Assembly (NCBI GenBank): GCA_048937405.1
Contig: JBHLNF010000021.1
Location: 1-43,364 of the forward strand
Length of the DNA stretch: 43,364 bases
Reading direction: 5' to 3'
Source: Promethearchaeota archaeon
GTDB lineage: Archaea; Asgardarchaeota; Lokiarchaeia; Sigyniarchaeales; SOKP01
Part shown: piece by piece, positions 38,189 to 43,364 of the stretch
Position numbering within the stretch: the stretch's first letter is position 1
Layout: each line of letters begins with the position of its first letter
Notes under the pieces: model-generated
Told to the model about the DNA's origin: nothing
Database searches by the model: none
Seen by the model: only the letters and a program-made list of their open reading frames with translations
Position numbers and translations under genes: made by a program

Positions 38189-39010
38189 ATGATTGACGAT
38201 AATTCAAAGGAATATGTTATATATCAAGGAAACAAAATTTTTGTGGAGAACGATAAATTATGCCTTCCATGTAACTTGAAAAGCCTTAATGAAATCGAAG
38301 GTCTTCAAGAACTTAAAAATTTGACGTACCTTGAATGTTATGCATATTCATTAAAAAAAATTGAGAACCTTGATGGTCTCATAAATTTAGAATACTTGAT
38401 TATCAACAAAAGTGATTATATCGAAAAAATTGAAAATCTCGAGACCCTTTCTAATTTGAAGGGTTTGGATCTCTCTGAAAATCGTATCTCTAAGATTTCA
38501 GGTTTAGATAATCTTAAAAAGTTAGAAAGTTTGAGAATATGTCGTAATCTTCTCACAGAAATTAACGGACTTGACGAACTATCAAATCTTAAAGAACTTT
38601 TATTAAGACAAAATGAAATATCTGAGATTAAAGGATTAAAGAACCTCAGTAATTTGGAAGTTTTAAGCTTATCTGAGAATAGAATTACAGAAATCAAAGA
38701 ACTGGAGAATTTGACCAGCCTGAGAAAATTAAATCTTAATGAAAATAAAATTACTGAAATTAAAGGTTTGGATAATCTGAAAAAGCTAAATAAATTACAC
38801 CTTGCAGCTAACAAAATCTCTGATGTTAAAGGAATTGAACCCCTTAAAAGTTTAGAACGCATAGATCTACAAATTAATGGTTTAGATCACTTACAAGGGC
38901 TTGAAACCTTACCTAACTTGAAGACTGTAGTCCTCAGAGAAAATGAAGTTAGCATCGAATCGTGCGAGATCCTCGATATCCTCAGAGAAAAAGGTGTTCA
39001 AATAATATAA
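38189..39010 (+). CDS. Leucine-rich repeat protein (SDS22-like)
   Basis: Repeated L.L.EN.I.EIKGL.NL. Confidence 0.93.
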   Translation: MIDDNSKEYVIYQGNKIFVENDKLCLPCNLKSLNEIEGLQELKNLTYLECYAYSLKKIENLDGLINLEYLIINKSDYIEKIENLETLSNLKGLDLSENRISKISGLDNLKKLESLRICRNLLTEINGLDELSNLKELLLRQNEISEIKGLKNLSNLEVLSLSENRITEIKELENLTSLRKLNLNENKITEIKGLDNLKKLNKLHLAANKISDVKGIEPLKSLERIDLQINGLDHLQGLETLPNLKTVVLRENEVSIESCEILDILREKGVQII

Positions 39011-39020
39011 TTTTATTAAT

Positions 39021-39096
39021 AATTGCCTGAAGCTGCCCCTCAATACTCACCTCACCCATTGTCGTAAATTTTCAAGGAGATATCGGGAAACTGACC
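39021..39096. repeat. Repeat A copy 3 (right-end motif and core only)
   Basis: AATTGCCTGAAGCTGCCCCTC, then the core at 39042-39096; downstream flank is unique. Confidence 0.93.
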
Positions 39097-39180
39097 CTTT
39101 ACTTTTTTATTTTTTTTTACTTTTTTGCTGAAAACTAAGTCCAAGATTTCAATGAAAAACAATAATAGTGTAAAAAAAAT

Positions 39181-39438
39181 TTATTCAGACCCTAATTGCT
39201 TATCTAAGTCAATAACCAAGGGAACTACTTTTTCGTCTTTCTTCACAACCACTTTCAAAACTCCACCCTCAATCTTCGCACTCACAGCTTCTATCTTAAC
39301 CTCCTTCGCCGTTGCCCTTGATTTCAAACATGTATGAACCTCATCATATAGATCACACTTCGTACAACAAAACCCTACAGGCATGTATCCAACGATCGAA
39401 CATTGGTCATATGCTTCACAATTACAATTATTACACAT
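39181..39438 (-). CDS. Small Cys-rich protein with an Hsp20-like C-terminal strand motif
   Basis: 8 Cys in the first 37 aa, then SAKIEGGVLKVVVKK. Confidence 0.7.
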   Translation of the reverse strand: MCNNCNCEAYDQCSIVGYMPVGFCCTKCDLYDEVHTCLKSRATAKEVKIEAVSAKIEGGVLKVVVKKDEKVVPLVIDLDKQLGSE

Positions 39439-40016
39439 TTTTTTTATCCCTTCTTATAAATTATCTATTGATTTTTTATAAAATTTTTTGTTTTAATATT
39501 TATATTTTATTACTAAGATAATATTAGCACTTTTCATATTTAAGTTTGATCGTTCTTCGACATTTTATGTTTTGGAAATAATATATTCGCAAAAATTCGA
39601 TCATGTGATGCCGTTTTCAATGCACAGTTTTCTAAAATGGATCACCTATAATTCAAAATCGTATTTTTATCGAGAATTGTTAGTAAAAATTGCTGAGAAT
39701 GATCATAATCACTTTTATGATCGATCATTAAATCTATGTCAGAAGAATTCTAAAATATTATAGAGATATTGATCACTTTTGATCATTAAACAAAATAAAA
39801 ATTAAGTTTTCCTCAGAAATAGAAATTAAGAAATTATTAAGAATAGAAGAAATACACAAGGAGGTAAATTGGGTGCTCAAAATAGGACTTATAAAGTGTG
39901 ATTTTGATAATATAAAAGGAATATAAACGATTTGGTTATTGAAATTTTCTAAAAAATTTATTAAAACCCTATTATTTTTCTAACCATCTAGAAAATAGAA
40001 AATAAAACATTTAGAC

Positions 40017-40508
40017 ATGTCTGTAATAAATTTTGAGTTTCGAAATGAAGTATTAAAACATAATGCTTCTTTAAGTTACTGCTATCAGTGTAGTACCTGT
40101 AGTGGTGGTTGCCCAGTTGCTCTGATAACTCAAGGAGGATATAATCCTAGGAAAATTATAGAAGAAGCGATATTAGGGTTGGAAGATAGATTGATAAAAA
40201 AACAAGATCCTAATCCTTGGCTTTGCTCAACATGTCAGACATGCGTTGAGCTGTGTCCTCAAAAGGTTGAGATAACTGAAATTTTAACATTAATTAAAAA
40301 TAGATGTTTCAATTTAGGTACTGTTCCTGAAGCTTTTATTTCACAAGGAAGGGCAGTTTTAGAAAATGGAGTTGCACTTCCCTACTCAAAAGCGATTCTT
40401 ACCAGACGGGAGAAATTGGGGCTTCCTTCTATAAAAACAGCGCCTATTGATGAAATAAAGAAAATACTACAAGAAACAAAATTTGAAAATCATATTCCAA
40501 AGGAGTGA
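40017..40508 (+). CDS. hdrC: Heterodisulfide reductase subunit C
   Basis: CYQCSTCSGGCP and WLCSTCQTCVELCP. Confidence 0.93.
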   Translation: MSVINFEFRNEVLKHNASLSYCYQCSTCSGGCPVALITQGGYNPRKIIEEAILGLEDRLIKKQDPNPWLCSTCQTCVELCPQKVEITEILTLIKNRCFNLGTVPEAFISQGRAVLENGVALPYSKAILTRREKLGLPSIKTAPIDEIKKILQETKFENHIPKE

Positions 40509-40517
40509 GTAAAAAGT

Positions 40518-41381
40518 ATGTCATACGATTTATTTTTGGGGTGTGTAATACCTGCAAGACTTCCATTCTTAGAAGCATCTTCTAGAAAAGTATTCGAAAA
40601 GCTTGGAATTAAATTGAACGATGTTGATGGGTTTAGTTGTTGTCCTGATCCTACGGGAATAGAACTAATAGATCATAAAACTTGGTTGGCATTAGGAGCG
40701 AGAAATTTAAGTTTATCGAATAATAATGGAGGAATCATCTCTTTTTGTTCGGGTTGTGTTGAAACTCTTAAAGGAGTTAATTATTATATAAATAAAGATC
40801 CTGAAGCAAAAAATGAAGTAAATAAAGTTTTAAAGAAAGTTGGCAAAAAGTATGAGGGTAAAACTAAAGTGAAGCATTTTGCTGAGGTTCTTTATGAAAA
40901 TCTTGATAAAGTAAGGCAGAATGTAGTACATCCTTTAACTGGATTTAGAGTAGCAGTCCATTATGGATGCCATTATCTAAGACCTTCAGAGATAATTAAT
41001 TGGGATGATCCTTTTGAACCAACTACAATAGATGAGATTGTAAAGGCATTAGGAGCGGATTCGATAGATTATGAATTGAAAATGGACTGTTGTGGAAATC
41101 CACTTGAAAAATCTGATAAAGAATTATCCTTACAGATGATAGATAACAAATTCGAATCAATTCAAGAAGCGGGAGCTAATTGTGTGACTTTAGTCTGTCC
41201 TGCATGCTTTCAGCAATTTGATTTTAATCAAAAGGAATTGAGCAAGGAAAGAGAGACTGCATATAATTTTCCTGTTTTTTATCTTTCAGAATTAGTAGCA
41301 CTCGCATTTGGGTTTAAACCCGAAGAATTAGGATTAAATTTTCATCGAATTCGACCTAGCGAGTTATTAGAAGGATTTTAA
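40518..41381 (+). CDS. hdrB: Heterodisulfide reductase subunit B
   Basis: FLGC, SCCP, HYGCH..RP, DCCG and CPAC..QFD CCG-domain motifs. Confidence 0.95.
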   Translation: MSYDLFLGCVIPARLPFLEASSRKVFEKLGIKLNDVDGFSCCPDPTGIELIDHKTWLALGARNLSLSNNNGGIISFCSGCVETLKGVNYYINKDPEAKNEVNKVLKKVGKKYEGKTKVKHFAEVLYENLDKVRQNVVHPLTGFRVAVHYGCHYLRPSEIINWDDPFEPTTIDEIVKALGADSIDYELKMDCCGNPLEKSDKELSLQMIDNKFESIQEAGANCVTLVCPACFQQFDFNQKELSKERETAYNFPVFYLSELVALAFGFKPEELGLNFHRIRPSELLEGF

Positions 41382-41439
41382 TATTTAAAAAAAGTATAAA
41401 TAAAGTTTATAAAAATTAAAAAAAAGAATTGATAGAACC

Positions 41440-42534
41440 ATGGGATTAGCAGAAGTAAAGACATTCGAAAATTTACAGAATGATGTAATCTCAGCTAATA
41501 GATGTTGTGCGTGCGGTGCATGTATAGCATATTGCGAGAATCAAGCATTTAATGTTATTGAAATGGATAATTATACTCCAAAGTTCAAAACTGATAAAAG
41601 TGTTGAAAATTGTAAAGAATGTGGGTATTGTTATTATATTTGTCCGCAAACGGAACCTTTGTTGGACAGATTAAAAGAAATACACTTAGTTAAAGATGAA
41701 CTAGGAAATATAATTAATATTTTCGCAGCTAAAACCACTAATGAGCAGATTGAAAAAGTTGGACAAGATGGTGGAATTGTATCAACTATTTTAACCTATT
41801 TATTTGACACGAATAATATTGATGCTGCGGTTGTATCAGAGTATGATGAGAATTTTAAACCTATACCCAAGATAATATACCGTAAAGATGATTTGGTGAA
41901 ATCAGCAGGTACAAGATATTCAATCTCATCTAACATTTTACCTTTAAAAGATTTAAATCAAGTCGCAGAAGATATTATTTCTCAAAAGAAACGAATTTAT
42001 GATAGCGATCAATTACGACTTGCATTTATTGGAACACCATGCCAGTGTAGAGCTATTAGTAAGATGAAACTTTTGCATATTAAGCCCGCACACGTTATTA
42101 GTATAGTAATTAGTCTTTTTTGTTTTGAAAATTTTGATTATGATAAATTGATGGATACAGTAAAGTCAAAATCTGAAATTAATCCTTCAGACATTAAAAA
42201 AACAAATATTAAGAAGAACTTTTTTGTCACCTCGAAAGATGATTCTGTTAAAGAAATAAATATTAAGGATCTTGATGGTGCTGTAAGGAATCATTGTCAT
42301 GAATGTGATGAATTTGTAGGACGATATTCAGATCTTAGTATTGGGTCTTCTGGGGCTCCTAGAGGTTATTCAATGATTCTTATCCGAACTGAAAAGGGAC
42401 GAAGTTTAATAGATTCATTACTTGCCACGGGATATATTGAACGATATATTATTCCGGCAGATCAGATTTCAGAATGGCAACCTAAAAAAATCAATTGGTT
42501 AAAAAAAATGACTTCACTAAAGGTGAAGAAATAA
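41440..42534 (+). CDS. F420-binding FrhB/FdhB-family subunit with N-terminal ferredoxin
   Basis: CCACGACIAYC, CKECGYCYYICP, QDGGIVS, SAGTRY, GTPCQ, SLFCFENF, C..C.....SDLSIGS. Confidence 0.9.
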   Translation: MGLAEVKTFENLQNDVISANRCCACGACIAYCENQAFNVIEMDNYTPKFKTDKSVENCKECGYCYYICPQTEPLLDRLKEIHLVKDELGNIINIFAAKTTNEQIEKVGQDGGIVSTILTYLFDTNNIDAAVVSEYDENFKPIPKIIYRKDDLVKSAGTRYSISSNILPLKDLNQVAEDIISQKKRIYDSDQLRLAFIGTPCQCRAISKMKLLHIKPAHVISIVISLFCFENFDYDKLMDTVKSKSEINPSDIKKTNIKKNFFVTSKDDSVKEINIKDLDGAVRNHCHECDEFVGRYSDLSIGSSGAPRGYSMILIRTEKGRSLIDSLLATGYIERYIIPADQISEWQPKKINWLKKMTSLKVKK

Positions 42535-42549
42535 TAAAAGGTGAAATAA

Positions 42550-43364
42550 GTGGCTAAAAATTCAAAAAGTGTTCTAATCATAGGAGCAGGTATCGCAGGT
42601 ATTCAAGCTGCTTTAGATTTAGGAGATATGGGAATAAAAGTGTATTTAATAGAAAAAAATCCTGTGATTGGAGGAAAAATGGCACAATTGGACAAAACAT
42701 TTCCTACTTTAGACTGTTCAATTTGTATTTTAGCACCGAAATTATCAGAATGTTATAGGCACCCAAATATTACTTTGCTTACTCTTTCAGAAGTAAGTAA
42801 TGTTGAGGGTACTAGCGGAAATTTTACCGTAGATATTTTTAAACGCGCACGTTATGTAAAGGAAGAGGTGTGTACTAATTGTGGCGATTGCGCTTCAATT
42901 TGCCCTGTAAGGGGTGTACCAAATTATTTTGATGCTAATTTGAAAAATATGGCAGCAGCATATATTCCATTTCCTTCAGCGGTTCCCCCAGTACATATAA
43001 TTGATAAAAATTCGTGCGTTTATTTAAATTATGGAATTTGTGGACTTTGTGCTAAGAATTGTGGAGCTGAAGCTATAGATTTCTCACAGAAAGATGAAAC
43101 AATAACGATTGATAATGTTGGTTCTATAATTGTTGCCCCCGGATATGGTTTATTAGAAGATGTCAGTCCGCTTACGAGATATGGCTATGGAAAATATAAA
43201 AACGTTGTGACTGCCTTAGAATTCGAGCGATTAATTTGTGCTTCTGGGCCATTGGAAGGGCATTTAAAAAGGCTTTCTGATGGGAACGAACCTAAGAAGC
43301 TTGCTTTTCTGCAATGTATAGGATCCCGTTCAGATAGAGATCAGAAATATTGTTCTTCTATATG
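42550..43364 (+). CDS. hdrA: Heterodisulfide reductase subunit A (runs off the window)
   Basis: GTG start after AGGTGA; IIGAGIAGIQAALDL, GGKMAQLDKTFPTLDCSICIL, CTNCGDCASICP, QCIGSR...YCSS. Confidence 0.95.
   Translation, partial: MAKNSKSVLIIGAGIAGIQAALDLGDMGIKVYLIEKNPVIGGKMAQLDKTFPTLDCSICILAPKLSECYRHPNITLLTLSEVSNVEGTSGNFTVDIFKRARYVKEEVCTNCGDCASICPVRGVPNYFDANLKNMAAAYIPFPSAVPPVHIIDKNSCVYLNYGICGLCAKNCGAEAIDFSQKDETITIDNVGSIIVAPGYGLLEDVSPLTRYGYGKYKNVVTALEFERLICASGPLEGHLKRLSDGNEPKKLAFLQCIGSRSDRDQKYCSSI

Larger units (their letters stand above)
34090..39041. mobile_element. Putative integrated element 2 (4,952 bp), no integrase
   Basis: Bounded by core repeats at 34090 and 39042. Confidence 0.7.

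Noticed and set aside
22455-39096. Repeat A as a CRISPR array or canonical integron attC
   Set aside because: Copies are kilobases apart, there are no cas or intI genes, no RYYYAAC/GTTRRRY ends, and only copy 1 forms the full hairpin.
458-39763. Many short ORF-track entries (e.g. 458-664, 752-1060, 3665-3961, 10612-11016, 24427-24735, 38416-38862, 39572-39763)
   Set aside because: Antisense or alternate-frame shadows of well-supported genes, or low-complexity intergenic frames without motifs.

Overview
AT-rich archaeal window, most consistent with an Asgard (Lokiarchaeia-like) genome. Support: archaeal EF-1beta plus a Zn-ribbon gene, GGTGA-type SD motifs, HdrABC, a Rab-like GTPase, longin-like proteins and SDS22-like LRRs. 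The backbone is trpDCF, mutS, mutL, EF-1beta, a small GTPase/longin cluster, a tandem OsmC gene, lpdA and hdrC-hdrB-frhB-like-hdrA. Four unannotated structures stand out. (1) A Trp-rich 17-aa leader peptide with a hairpin lies upstream of trpD, suggesting ribosome-mediated attenuation in an archaeon. (2) A 2.3-kb double-HNH element sits between two recoded copies of the lpdA 3' end. (3) A ~77-nt hairpin (candidate ncRNA) has a loop complementary to the SD of the adjacent gene. (4) Two integrase-less elements (11.6 kb and 5.0 kb) are stacked in tandem at that hairpin. They share left and right ends but carry unrelated, immune-like cargo (TIR, SIR2-TPR, LRR, PIN-GNAT-EVE/ASCH, a large surface protein). 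All calls come from reading motifs by eye; no database searches were run.
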